From assembly GCA_035541895.1 (NCBI GenBank), contig DATKMK010000066.1, positions 31,004-95,003 on the forward strand: DNA of 64,000 nucleotides. The letters run 5' to 3'. This stretch comes from Candidatus Binatia bacterium. GTDB taxonomy: Bacteria; Desulfobacterota; Binatia; HRBIN30; JACQVA1. The notes beneath the pieces were generated by a model. That model had not been told where the DNA came from, searched no databases, and worked only from the letters and a program-made list of their open reading frames with translations. Every line of letters begins with the position of its first letter. Within the stretch, counting starts at the first letter, position 1. Position numbers and translations under genes: made by a program. Shown in pieces: positions 45,320-53,013 of this stretch.

Positions 45320-45898
45320 ATGAATCTTGTGGTGTGGCTGCCGGCAACCTTCGGCCTTGGGATCGCTGCCTTGGCGCTCGGCTACGCCCTCATCTGGGTA
45401 GCCCTTCGCGAGGTTGGCGAAAGCCTCGATCGCACCAGCCCGGCGCAAGGCGCCGTTGGAGGGGAATCCCGACCGAGCGGTCCGGCCACCGGGCGACTGA
45501 TGGTCTGCATCTCTTCGTTTTGACCGCGGGCGGCCACCTTGCTGCGACGCGGATCGCGCATGGCGGGACGTCTCAACACCGATTGGTACGTTGTCTACGT
45601 CGAAACCCCGACCGAGGCGCCCGACCGCATCAGCGCCGAAGCTCAGCGCCACCTGCTCGACAACATGCAGAAGGCGCGCGAGTAGAGCGCGATCGTGGTC
45701 CGTCTCCAGAGTCCCGATCGAGTGGCGGCCCTGTTGCACTACGCGCGGCAACACGCGGTCGGTCACATCATGATTGGCCGGTCCAGTCGGCCTTGGTGGC
45801 GGCGAGTGCTGCGTCGATCGTTCGTAACGCGGATGGTGAAGGAAGCCGCCGGGTTCGACCTCCACATCGTAGCCCTTGAAGACGAGGAACGCATCTGA
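45320..45898 (+). pseudogene. Membrane-anchored KdpD-type universal stress (Usp) domain gene interrupted by two in-frame stops
   Basis: A single reading frame gives MNLVVWLPATFGLGIAALALGYALIWV ... TGRLMVCISSF*PRAATLLRRGSRMAGRLNTDWYVVYVETPTEAPDRISAEAQRHLLDNMQKARE*SAIVVRLQSPDRVAALLHYARQHAVGHIMIGRSSRPWWRRVLRRSFVTRMVKEAAGFDLHIVAL. It is collinear with the Usp part of the resident KdpD. Stops are the TGA at 45521-45523 and the TAG at 45683-45685. Confidence 0.6.
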
Positions 45899-46001
45899 GG
45901 ATGCGCATCAAGCGCTGCGTGAGCGCCGCGTCGTGTCTGCCGCGACGAGGATGCAAGCGCCGGGCAAATCGCGTAGACTCTGCACCTTGCGAGTGACCAA
46001 A

Positions 46002-46850
46002 ATGAAACTCACGCGGATACTGTCGTGTTTCGCCCTGACTCTGGCGGCCGGGTGCCACTCGGAACCGGCGATGGTGCGCCAGATGCACAAGGACGAACTG
46101 ATCAACGCCATCCGAGAAAAGCTGCTCGAGTCCGCCGAGGCCGAGAAGAGCGCGGTGTTGGCGACCACGGACGATGAGTCGCAGGCGGCGGCGCTCGAGG
46201 CAAAGAAGTACGAGGCAGAGGTCAATGCCGATCGCGGCGAGTTGGGGCGGTTGGTTGCTGCGGACGGGCGCCGCGAGGAGATCGAGAAATTCGATGCCTT
46301 CGACGCCGCGTGGGCGGAACTCGAACGCATCGACGAACGCCTCCTCGCTCTGGCGGTGGCGAACACGAACCTCAAGGCGGCGCGGCTGGTGTCGCGTGAC
46401 GGCGCGGCCGCTCTCGACCGCTTCGTCAATGCGCTGACCGAGATGCAGCACGCGGTTGCCGAGCCCGACACGATTCGCACGCTGTCGCAGGCCTCCGTCG
46501 CCGCACTTCGTAGTCAGTCCCTGCTCTTCGTTCACATCCCCTCAGCCGACGACGCAGAGATGACGCGGCTGGAGCAGCAGATGGCGAATTTGAACGCCGA
46601 GGTGGAGCACTGCCTCCGCACTGTCCGGGAGAGTGGCCGGCCAGGGCTCGAACGGCTTGAGTCGGCGTCTCAAGCTTGGGGTGACTATCAACGCCTTTCG
46701 GCCGAAATCATCCGGCTGTCGCGGCAAAACAGCAACGTGATCTCGTTCGACGTGTCGGTCCACGAGAAGCGTAAGGCGACCAAGGACTGCCTCTCGGCGC
46801 TCGCGGCGTTGTCGGCGGCCGTCGGCGGAGGCCCGCACCCGTCGCGGTGA
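46002..46850 (+). CDS. Lipoprotein, all-helical (four-helix-bundle, MCP-sensor-like)
   Basis: MKLTRILSCFALTLAAGC has a lipobox (LAAGC). The remainder is helix-forming and charged (ANTNLKAARLVSRDGAAALDRFVNALTEM ... WGDYQRLSAEIIRLSRQNSN), reminiscent of 4HB_MCP-type domains. Confidence 0.5.
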   Translation: MKLTRILSCFALTLAAGCHSEPAMVRQMHKDELINAIREKLLESAEAEKSAVLATTDDESQAAALEAKKYEAEVNADRGELGRLVAADGRREEIEKFDAFDAAWAELERIDERLLALAVANTNLKAARLVSRDGAAALDRFVNALTEMQHAVAEPDTIRTLSQASVAALRSQSLLFVHIPSADDAEMTRLEQQMANLNAEVEHCLRTVRESGRPGLERLESASQAWGDYQRLSAEIIRLSRQNSNVISFDVSVHEKRKATKDCLSALAALSAAVGGGPHPSR

Positions 46851-47000
46851 GGCGAGGGCGCGCCCGCGGTGACCGTCGCCGTTGCAATTTGCATTACGGA
46901 CCTGCCGGGTAGTTTGCAATTCTGAGGAACGAGCAGCGCCACCGCCGGCCGTCCCAAACGTGACGGGATGGTGGCACGGTGATCGCTCGCGCTAACGGCC

Positions 47001-47336
47001 ATGTCTGACGATGGCATCGTGTTTCGCGTTGCAGCCGACCGCGATCCGGGCGGCCTTGTTCTCGGCGACATTGTCGACGCCCACTTGGCGTACGAGCGTG
47101 CCCGTGCAGCCCGCTCCTTTTGGGTCAATCTCTTCGCCCTCCTCGGTATCGCTGCTGGTATTTCGACGTTGATTCCGGAGATTTTCGGTGTTCACGTGCA
47201 GCAGTCAGTCGGTGCCATGTGGGCTGCGTCTGGCGTCGTAGCGATCGGCAGAGTCATCGCCGAGCGGAAGTGGGCACGCCGACGATCCCAGCTGCTCGCG
47301 CAAAATGCCATCATCGAGGATAGCCGCGAGAGTTGA
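47001..47336 (+). CDS. Hypothetical small membrane protein
   Basis: ATG start and two hydrophobic segments (FWVNLFALLGIAAGISTLIPEIF, VGAMWAASGVVAIGRVIA). No recognisable family. Confidence 0.3.
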   Translation: MSDDGIVFRVAADRDPGGLVLGDIVDAHLAYERARAARSFWVNLFALLGIAAGISTLIPEIFGVHVQQSVGAMWAASGVVAIGRVIAERKWARRRSQLLAQNAIIEDSRES

Positions 47337-47372
47337 TAGCCGCGGCGCGACCTCCGAACCCCGGTCCCGTCG

Positions 47373-47456
47373 TTGCATTCCGCACGATCGCTCATTGCAT
47401 TTCGCAAGATAGCGCGTGGTTAGCGGGCTCGCGATCCTTGATTTTGCAATGTGCAA
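47373..47456. promoter_or_regulatory. Cluster of TTGC-N5-GCAA inverted repeats upstream of kup
   Basis: TTGCATTCCGCAC (47373-47385), TTGCATTTCGCAA (47395-47407) and TTGCAATGTGCAA (47444-47456). A related TTGCAATTTGCAT sits at 46882-46894. These are AT-rich motifs in a GC-rich background. Confidence 0.4.
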
Positions 47457-47491
47457 TGTTCGGGCACGACATACGCTGCTGCGACGCCCGC

Positions 47492-49477
47492 ATGGGTATT
47501 TCATTGCAGCAGAGGCGCCTTGAGGAAGCATCAATTGGGTACTTGGAGTCTGCGGCGAGGTTGTCGGAGGCATCGGGAGAAGACGCGTCCGAAGCGCACC
47601 ATGCGACGGCGCACGCTGGGAAGTCGCCGCTTGCGCTTCTGTGCTTGACGGCGATCGGAGTGGTGTATGGCGACATCGGCACCAGCCCGCTGTATGCGAT
47701 TCGCGAGTGTTTCTTCGGACCGCACGGAGTTCCGGTGAGTCAGGTCAACGTGCTTGGCGTGCTGTCGTTGATCGTCTGGGCTCTCATCATCGTGGTGACC
47801 CTGAAGTATCACGTCTATGTGTTGCGAGCGGACAACCACGGGGAGGGCGGCATCCTCGCCCTGATGTCGTTGGTACGGAAGGATCACGATCGTAGCGCGC
47901 GCGGAGCGGTCATGGTGGCGTTCGGACTGTTCGGTGCCGCGTTGCTCTATGGCGACGGTGTACTAACGCCCGCGATTTCGGTGTTGAGTGCGATCGAGGG
48001 CCTCGAGGTGGCGACCCCGTTCTTTTCGCCGTTCGTCGTGCCCATTACCGTTGTCATTCTGATCGGTCTCTTCCTGTTTCAACGCCGCGGCACGGCCGGC
48101 GTCGGGGTGATCTTCGGGCCCGTCATCTTGATCTGGTTTGCCACGCTCGCGGTCCTCGGCGTCATCAACATCGCGCACGCGCCGGGGGTTTTGGCAGCGG
48201 TCAACCCGGCCTACGCGATCACCTTTCTGCACCAGAATGGTGCCATGGGGTACCTCGTCTTGGGCGCGGTGTTTCTGGTGGCGACCGGTGGCGAAGCGCT
48301 CTACGCTGATCTCGGCCACTTCGGCGAGCTGCCGATTCAAATCGATTGGTTCGCGATCGTCGGCCCGTCGCTGCTGCTCAACTATTTCGGTCAGGGTGCG
48401 TTATTGCTGCACGACCCGGAGATGGCGCACAATCCATTCTATCGGATGGCGCCAAGTTGGGCCCTCTATCCGTTGGTTGTCCTTGCGGCGATGGCGACCA
48501 TCATTGCGTCGCAGGCGGTCATCTCCGGCGTGTTTTCGCTCACGCGCCAAGCGGTCCAGCTCGGCTTCGCGCCGCGGGTCGAGATTATTCACACGTCCTC
48601 GCGCGAGATCGGCCAGATCTACATTCCGGGCGCCAACTGGGGTCTCATGGTCGGCACGATCGGGCTGGTCATCGCGTTTCAAAATTCCAGCAACCTGGCC
48701 GCCGCGTACGGCGTCGCGGTGACGACCACGATGATCATCACCACGTTGCTGGCCTATGTGGTGTCGCGCCGTCTGTGGAAGTGGAGCCTGCCGGTTGCGG
48801 TGCTGGTGACCGTCGGATTTCTCATCGGCGACCTCGCCTTCTTCGGCGCCAACATCGTCAAGGTCGCGCAAGGGGGATGGTTCCCGCTGCTGATCGGCAT
48901 CGTGGGTTTTGTGCTGTTCACAACCTGGCAGAAGGGGCGGGCGCTGTTGGCGGCCGAACTCGACAAGACGGCGTTGCCGCTGAGCACCTTTGTGGAAGAT
49001 CTACAGCGCCACAATGTCACGCGGGTGCCGGGCACGGCGGTGTTTCTCAATAGCTCGGCAGAGAATACTCCGATCGCTTTGCTCCACAATCTCAAGTTGA
49101 ATCGAATGCTTCACGAGCGAAACTTCGTTCTCACGCTGGTTACCGAAGAGGTCCCCTACGTTCCCGCAGCGCATCGGCTAAGCATCGAGCCACTGGCGGT
49201 CGGCTTTTGCCGCTTGGTTGCCCGCTACGGGTTCAAGGAGGATCCAGATGTCCCCGCCCTGCTCGCACTCGCGCGCGAACAGGGACAACCCATCGATCCG
49301 GCCAACGTGACGTACATTCTCAGCAACAATAGCCTTATCCCAGGACGCGGTCCCGCGCTGGCACGCTGGCGTCGCCGCCTGTTCGTGTTCTTGTCGCGCA
49401 ACGCGTTGCGACCGTCACTGTTCTTCCGCTTGCCGCTCAACCGCGTGATCGAGCTTGGGATGCAGATCACGGTGTGA
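47492..49477 (+). CDS. kup: KUP/HAK/KT family potassium uptake protein
   Basis: LTAIGVVYGDIGTSPLYAIRECF, GEGGILALMSL, ATGGEALYADLGHFG and a C-terminal cytoplasmic domain. Start uncertain: ATG at 47492 or 47456; the ORF is open from 47333. Confidence 0.9.
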   Translation: MGISLQQRRLEEASIGYLESAARLSEASGEDASEAHHATAHAGKSPLALLCLTAIGVVYGDIGTSPLYAIRECFFGPHGVPVSQVNVLGVLSLIVWALIIVVTLKYHVYVLRADNHGEGGILALMSLVRKDHDRSARGAVMVAFGLFGAALLYGDGVLTPAISVLSAIEGLEVATPFFSPFVVPITVVILIGLFLFQRRGTAGVGVIFGPVILIWFATLAVLGVINIAHAPGVLAAVNPAYAITFLHQNGAMGYLVLGAVFLVATGGEALYADLGHFGELPIQIDWFAIVGPSLLLNYFGQGALLLHDPEMAHNPFYRMAPSWALYPLVVLAAMATIIASQAVISGVFSLTRQAVQLGFAPRVEIIHTSSREIGQIYIPGANWGLMVGTIGLVIAFQNSSNLAAAYGVAVTTTMIITTLLAYVVSRRLWKWSLPVAVLVTVGFLIGDLAFFGANIVKVAQGGWFPLLIGIVGFVLFTTWQKGRALLAAELDKTALPLSTFVEDLQRHNVTRVPGTAVFLNSSAENTPIALLHNLKLNRMLHERNFVLTLVTEEVPYVPAAHRLSIEPLAVGFCRLVARYGFKEDPDVPALLALAREQGQPIDPANVTYILSNNSLIPGRGPALARWRRRLFVFLSRNALRPSLFFRLPLNRVIELGMQITV

Positions 49478-49522
49478 TGGATGGGCGTGTCCGGCCCGAA
49501 GCCGACGGGCTGCACAAGGGAG

Positions 49523-50197
49523 TTAGCGGAGCTGCTGCGTCGTGCGGAAGTGCAGTTTGGCGACTTTGGCCAGTGCGGCCGCGCCGTGCTTGGCGACGTA
49601 ACGACGGCCGGATTCCAACACCGGCGGGCCCGCGCCCTTTGCGAGTTCAACGCCGACGCTCTCGCCGAGGCGCGCGAGACGACTGACGAACTCGCTGCGC
49701 GCGACGATGGATGCTGCGGCCACGGCGACGTCCTCCTCGGCGCGATGACGCTGTTCGAGGTGAACCGCCTTGCCCTTCGTTTGTAAGGCGCGCTGCAGCA
49801 CACGCTCGTCGGCGAACTGATCCGAGATGACGCGCGAGCACGCCACGTCGCCGAGGAGGTCCTCGATCGCGCGCGCGTGCGCCCAGGCCAGCAATCGGTT
49901 GAGATTCTTCACCTCGGCGTACAGCGAATTGTAGCGCTCGGGTCCGATGGCGACGACTCGTACCGGACAGGTGCGTCGGATCTCGCCGGCGAGCTCGCCG
50001 ATGCGTTTGTCCGACAACGTCTTGCTATCGCGCACCCCGGCCTGCCGCAGCAACGTCGCGCTCTGCTCGTGGACATAGACCGCCGCAACCACGAGCGGCC
50101 CGAAGTAGTCGCCTTTTCCCGCTTCATCGGTACCGATCCAACCGCCCGGAGCGGTCGGCGGCAACAGCGCAAAGTCCTTCTGAGTCGTTGTCGACAT
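49523..50197 (-). CDS. RNase HIII-type ribonuclease H, catalytic domain only
   Basis: IGTDEAGKGDYFGPLVVAAVYV ... GVRDSKTLSD ... ISDQFAD ... VAVAAASIVARSEF ... LAKGAGPPV ... KLHFRTTQQL is collinear with the catalytic domain of Bacillus-type RNase HIII. Only about 20 aa precede it. Confidence 0.7.
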   Translation of the reverse strand: MSTTTQKDFALLPPTAPGGWIGTDEAGKGDYFGPLVVAAVYVHEQSATLLRQAGVRDSKTLSDKRIGELAGEIRRTCPVRVVAIGPERYNSLYAEVKNLNRLLAWAHARAIEDLLGDVACSRVISDQFADERVLQRALQTKGKAVHLEQRHRAEEDVAVAAASIVARSEFVSRLARLGESVGVELAKGAGPPVLESGRRYVAKHGAAALAKVAKLHFRTTQQLR

Positions 50198-50235
50198 GCG
50201 CGCTTCGAATAGCGCGTCTGCTGGAATCAGTCACG

Positions 50236-50340
50236 AGGGGTGAGTGGTCAGAAGTGAGTCGTGAGCCGACTGAGCGGAGTGTCGTTCCGCCCACTCACTG
50301 TTCCCGACTCACCACTCACGACTCATCATTCACCACTCCC
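50236..50340. repeat. GTGAG-rich palindromic intergenic element, copy B
   Basis: GTGAGTCGTGAG (50254-50265) pairs with CTCACGACTCAT (50315-50326). Inner GCGGA/TCCGC hairpin (50274-50290). GGTGAGTGG near 50239 matches CCACTCACC-like arms downstream. The 3' end CACCACTCACGACTCATCATTCACCA matches copy A. Confidence 0.6.
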
Positions 50341-50386
50341 TTGACCCTGCATTCCCCCTCGCATAGTTCTCGCGCCCACTGGGAGG

Positions 50387-51580
50387 ATGTCGGTGGGTCG
50401 AGGTGACACGATCAAATGGATGCGACTGGTGGTCCTTGCGACCCTGCTGGCAGCGGGAGCACGTGCGGCGTGGGCCGAGCCGTATCTCGCGGTACGCGAG
50501 GGCTACAACTGCAGCGGTTGCCACACCAACGTGACCGGCGGGGGCAAGCGGACGGAAATCGTGACCACTCACCCGCGCGAGATCTTGCGCTACCCAGACT
50601 TCCTCGGAACGTTCTCCAGCCCCGCCGACAAGTTCACGGGTGAAGTCAACAAGTATATCGGTGTCGGCGGCGATTTGCGGGTCAGCAACCTCGCGACGTT
50701 CCAGGATCAAGGTGTGAACGGCCGGGTCGACAACAACAAGGTCTTCCGCGGTCGACTGGAGACCGACAGCCTCGACGCGACCGAAGCCGCGGTGTTTCTC
50801 GAACTCCGTCTGATTCCGGACGCCTTGAGTTTCTACGTCGATCAGCAGTTCGCCACGAGCACACAAACTCGCGAAGTGTGGGGCATGTTGCGCGGGTTGC
50901 CGTGGAACGGCTTCATCAAAGCCGGGCGTATGTTTCAGCCGTACGGACTGCAACTGCAAGATGACACCGCGTTCATTCGGGGTGGAGCGAACGTGTCGGC
51001 GACGACGAACTTCAGCTTCAACACCCGCCAACCCGCCGCCGAGATCGGCATCGAGCCCGGACCGTACAGCGCCATCGTCGCGGTATCCGACGGCACGTCG
51101 AATGACCGGGATCTGTGGGTCACGGGAACGGTCTCGGCGATGTGGACCGATTTGCCGGTGGTGCGCAACGTCTTCGTCGGCGGCTCGGCCGCACACATGG
51201 GCGGCCAGAGCGAGAATTTCGAGTTCGGTTTCTTCGGCGGCACCAACTTGGGGCCGCTGACCGGATTGGCTGAAGTCGATTTTCTCGACACCCGAACCCC
51301 GACCTCGGGTGGACATCAGGGCACGTTCATCAGCTACGGCGAATTGGACTACCTGGCGCTGGGCTGGCTCAACGTCAAAGGCGCCATCAGCTACGCCGAC
51401 GATGACGGCGATCTCTCCAGTCGCGCCGACGACAGTGAGAACGTCGTGCGCGTCGGCGTCGAGCCGTTCCTCAACCGATTTCTTCAGCTTCGCGTGTTCT
51501 ACCAAGTCAGCAACGGTGTCGAGAACAAACCCAATCACAACCAGAACCAGTTGCTCACCGAGTTGCATCTGTTTTTCTGA
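50387..51580 (+). CDS. Outer-membrane beta-barrel protein with an N-terminal CxxCH haem motif (Cyc2-like fused cytochrome-porin candidate)
   Basis: Signal peptide (..MRLVVLATLLAAGARAAWA), then a single CSGCH 12-16 residues into the mature protein. About 350 aa of alternating amphipathic strands follow (AVFLELRLIP, YSAIVAVSDG, LWVTGTVSAMW, FISYGELDYLALGWLNVKGAISYA, LQLRVFYQVS), ending ...LLTELHLFF with a C-terminal aromatic. The start is 50387 or the ATG at 50420. Confidence 0.5.
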   Translation: MSVGRGDTIKWMRLVVLATLLAAGARAAWAEPYLAVREGYNCSGCHTNVTGGGKRTEIVTTHPREILRYPDFLGTFSSPADKFTGEVNKYIGVGGDLRVSNLATFQDQGVNGRVDNNKVFRGRLETDSLDATEAAVFLELRLIPDALSFYVDQQFATSTQTREVWGMLRGLPWNGFIKAGRMFQPYGLQLQDDTAFIRGGANVSATTNFSFNTRQPAAEIGIEPGPYSAIVAVSDGTSNDRDLWVTGTVSAMWTDLPVVRNVFVGGSAAHMGGQSENFEFGFFGGTNLGPLTGLAEVDFLDTRTPTSGGHQGTFISYGELDYLALGWLNVKGAISYADDDGDLSSRADDSENVVRVGVEPFLNRFLQLRVFYQVSNGVENKPNHNQNQLLTELHLFF

Positions 51581-51629
51581 CGCGCCGCGGAGCGCGCGGG
51601 CGCCCGGCTTCTGCAAATCCGCCAAGGTG

Positions 51630-52616
51630 CTACGGCTGTGCGCCTTGGGTGATCCAATCGCGGATCAGCTGAACCTGCGCGGCGCTAAGGGGCGCCTTGC
51701 CGGACGGCATCGGGGCGCCTTGAGCGAGCGTCGGGTTGGTGAGCTTGATTACCAGGAAGCTGTTGTCGGGATCGCCTGGTTTGACCCGCAGCAATCCGGC
51801 TTGCTGCGCCGAGAAGTTCGCCGCGGTCACGTCGACCAATTGATCGTAGGACCTGCCGTCGGTGAGGATGAGGTTGCCGGCTTGGCTCTGGCTGGAGTGA
51901 CACAGCACGTCGGCGCAGGTCGCGTCGAAGATCTGGGTCTGAATGTTCGCCAGTGTCGCGTCGGGGTTGAAGGTCGGCGTCGACGTGATCGTTGCCGTTG
52001 CCGTCGGCGTCGGTGACGCGGTCGGTGTTGGCGTCGCGGTCGGTGTTGCCGTGGGATGCAATGTGCCGGTCGGTGTGATGGTTGGCGTGGGCGTCTGAGT
52101 TGGCGTCCCGGTGTCGGTCGGAGTGGCCGTCGATGTGGCGGAACCGGTGGCGGTGCTCGATGCGGTCGGGGTGGGTGTGACCCCTTCGAATTCCGGTGCG
52201 CCGGCAGCGATCCAGTTGCGAATCAGATCGATCTGCGCGGCCGACAGCGGCGAGCCCGACTGCGGCATCAGCGCACCTTGGGGGGCGCTCGGATTGGTCA
52301 CTTTGATCAGCAGAAAGCTTGCGTCGGGTTGGAACGGCGCGACCCGTACCAGACCAGCGTTGCGCGCGGCAAGATTGTTGGAGAGTACGTTGACGAGTTG
52401 CGAGTACGACACCCCCTCGACGAGCGCCAGGTTGCCGGCGGGGGCGACTAGGTTGTGGCAACTGCCCGCGACGCAGCTTTGGTTGAAGATTTCCCGTTGG
52501 ATGGCGGCGAAGCCGGTGCCGCCGCTGGTCGTCGCCGGCCCATTGCCGGCGCAGCCGAGTGCGCACGCGGCGAGCGCGAACAGCACGGCCGACGGCCTCG
52601 CGAGCGAGCACCTCAT
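51630..52616 (-). CDS. Lipoprotein with two PSCyt1-like (planctomycete-type cytochrome c) domains carrying CX4CH motifs, joined by a Pro/Thr linker
   Basis: Lipobox in MRCSLARPSAVLFALAACALGCAG. Domain 1: IQREIFNQSCVAGSCHN ... GNLAL ... PDASFLLIKV ... MPQSGSPLSAAQIDLIRNWIAAGAP. Domain 2: IQTQIFDATCADVLCHS ... GNLIL ... PDNSFLVIKL ... MPSGKAPLSAAQVQLIRDWITQGAQP. A roughly 65-aa TPT-rich linker separates them. Confidence 0.55.
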   Translation of the reverse strand: MRCSLARPSAVLFALAACALGCAGNGPATTSGGTGFAAIQREIFNQSCVAGSCHNLVAPAGNLALVEGVSYSQLVNVLSNNLAARNAGLVRVAPFQPDASFLLIKVTNPSAPQGALMPQSGSPLSAAQIDLIRNWIAAGAPEFEGVTPTPTASSTATGSATSTATPTDTGTPTQTPTPTITPTGTLHPTATPTATPTPTASPTPTATATITSTPTFNPDATLANIQTQIFDATCADVLCHSSQSQAGNLILTDGRSYDQLVDVTAANFSAQQAGLLRVKPGDPDNSFLVIKLTNPTLAQGAPMPSGKAPLSAAQVQLIRDWITQGAQP

Positions 52617-52665
52617 GGCAGCGACCAAATGGTGGCGACCAAACGCAACCGGAGCCGGGAGCGAC

Positions 52666-53013
52666 CTAGAGGCCCTTCGCCCCGCTGACTTGAATGCTGG
52701 CGACACCTTGCTTGACGAACTTCTTGCCGCTGATTTCGGCGCGCACGCCGGCGAGCTTCTTCGCGGCCTCGTACGGCGAGGTGTTGTCGTGATCTTCGAT
52801 CAACAAGTACACCTCACCCGCATCGGTAAGCACGCCGATCGGCACGCCTTGCTTGGCGCACAACTGGGCGCAGGCCTTGTGAGACGGGCCTTGGCTGCCT
52901 TTGGCCATATAGCAGGCCATATCGAGAATCTCGCCCTGCACCGTCACGGCCTCCTGCGCCGAAAGCGGCGCGGCGAGGACCAAAAAGGCTAGGGCGATCC
53001 GGCGGAGATTCAT
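52666..53013 (-). CDS. Small secreted protein with three cysteines, unknown function
   Basis: ATG at 53013 preceded by GGGAGA. MNLRRIALAFLVLAAPLSAQEA signal peptide, then DMACYMAKGSQGPSHKACAQLCAKQGVPIGV. The longer ORF to 53511 overlaps the lytS-type gene start region and looks non-coding. Confidence 0.5.
   Translation of the reverse strand: MNLRRIALAFLVLAAPLSAQEAVTVQGEILDMACYMAKGSQGPSHKACAQLCAKQGVPIGVLTDAGEVYLLIEDHDNTSPYEAAKKLAGVRAEISGKKFVKQGVASIQVSGAKGL

Noticed and set aside
45521-45685. Recoding of the in-frame TGA (selenocysteine) or TAG (pyrrolysine / readthrough) in the Usp relic
   Set aside because: TGA and TAG both serve as ordinary stops of neighbouring genes (kdpF, the mini-ORF). 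I see no SECIS-like hairpin immediately downstream, and Usp domains have no known Sec or Pyl residues. A pseudogene or a sequencing error is the simpler explanation.
45215-46535. Minus-strand ORFs 45215..45865 and 45768..46535
   Set aside because: They are antisense to the Usp relic and to a lipoprotein gene that has a clear lipobox and start. Their translations are R/G-rich and featureless.
44440-47491. c-di-AMP (ydaO/kimA-type) riboswitch in front of kdp or kup
   Set aside because: The kdp leader between the predicted promoter and the first ATG is only about a dozen nucleotides. I could not recognise the conserved riboswitch motifs by eye in the kup upstream region. Only a covariance-model scan could settle it.
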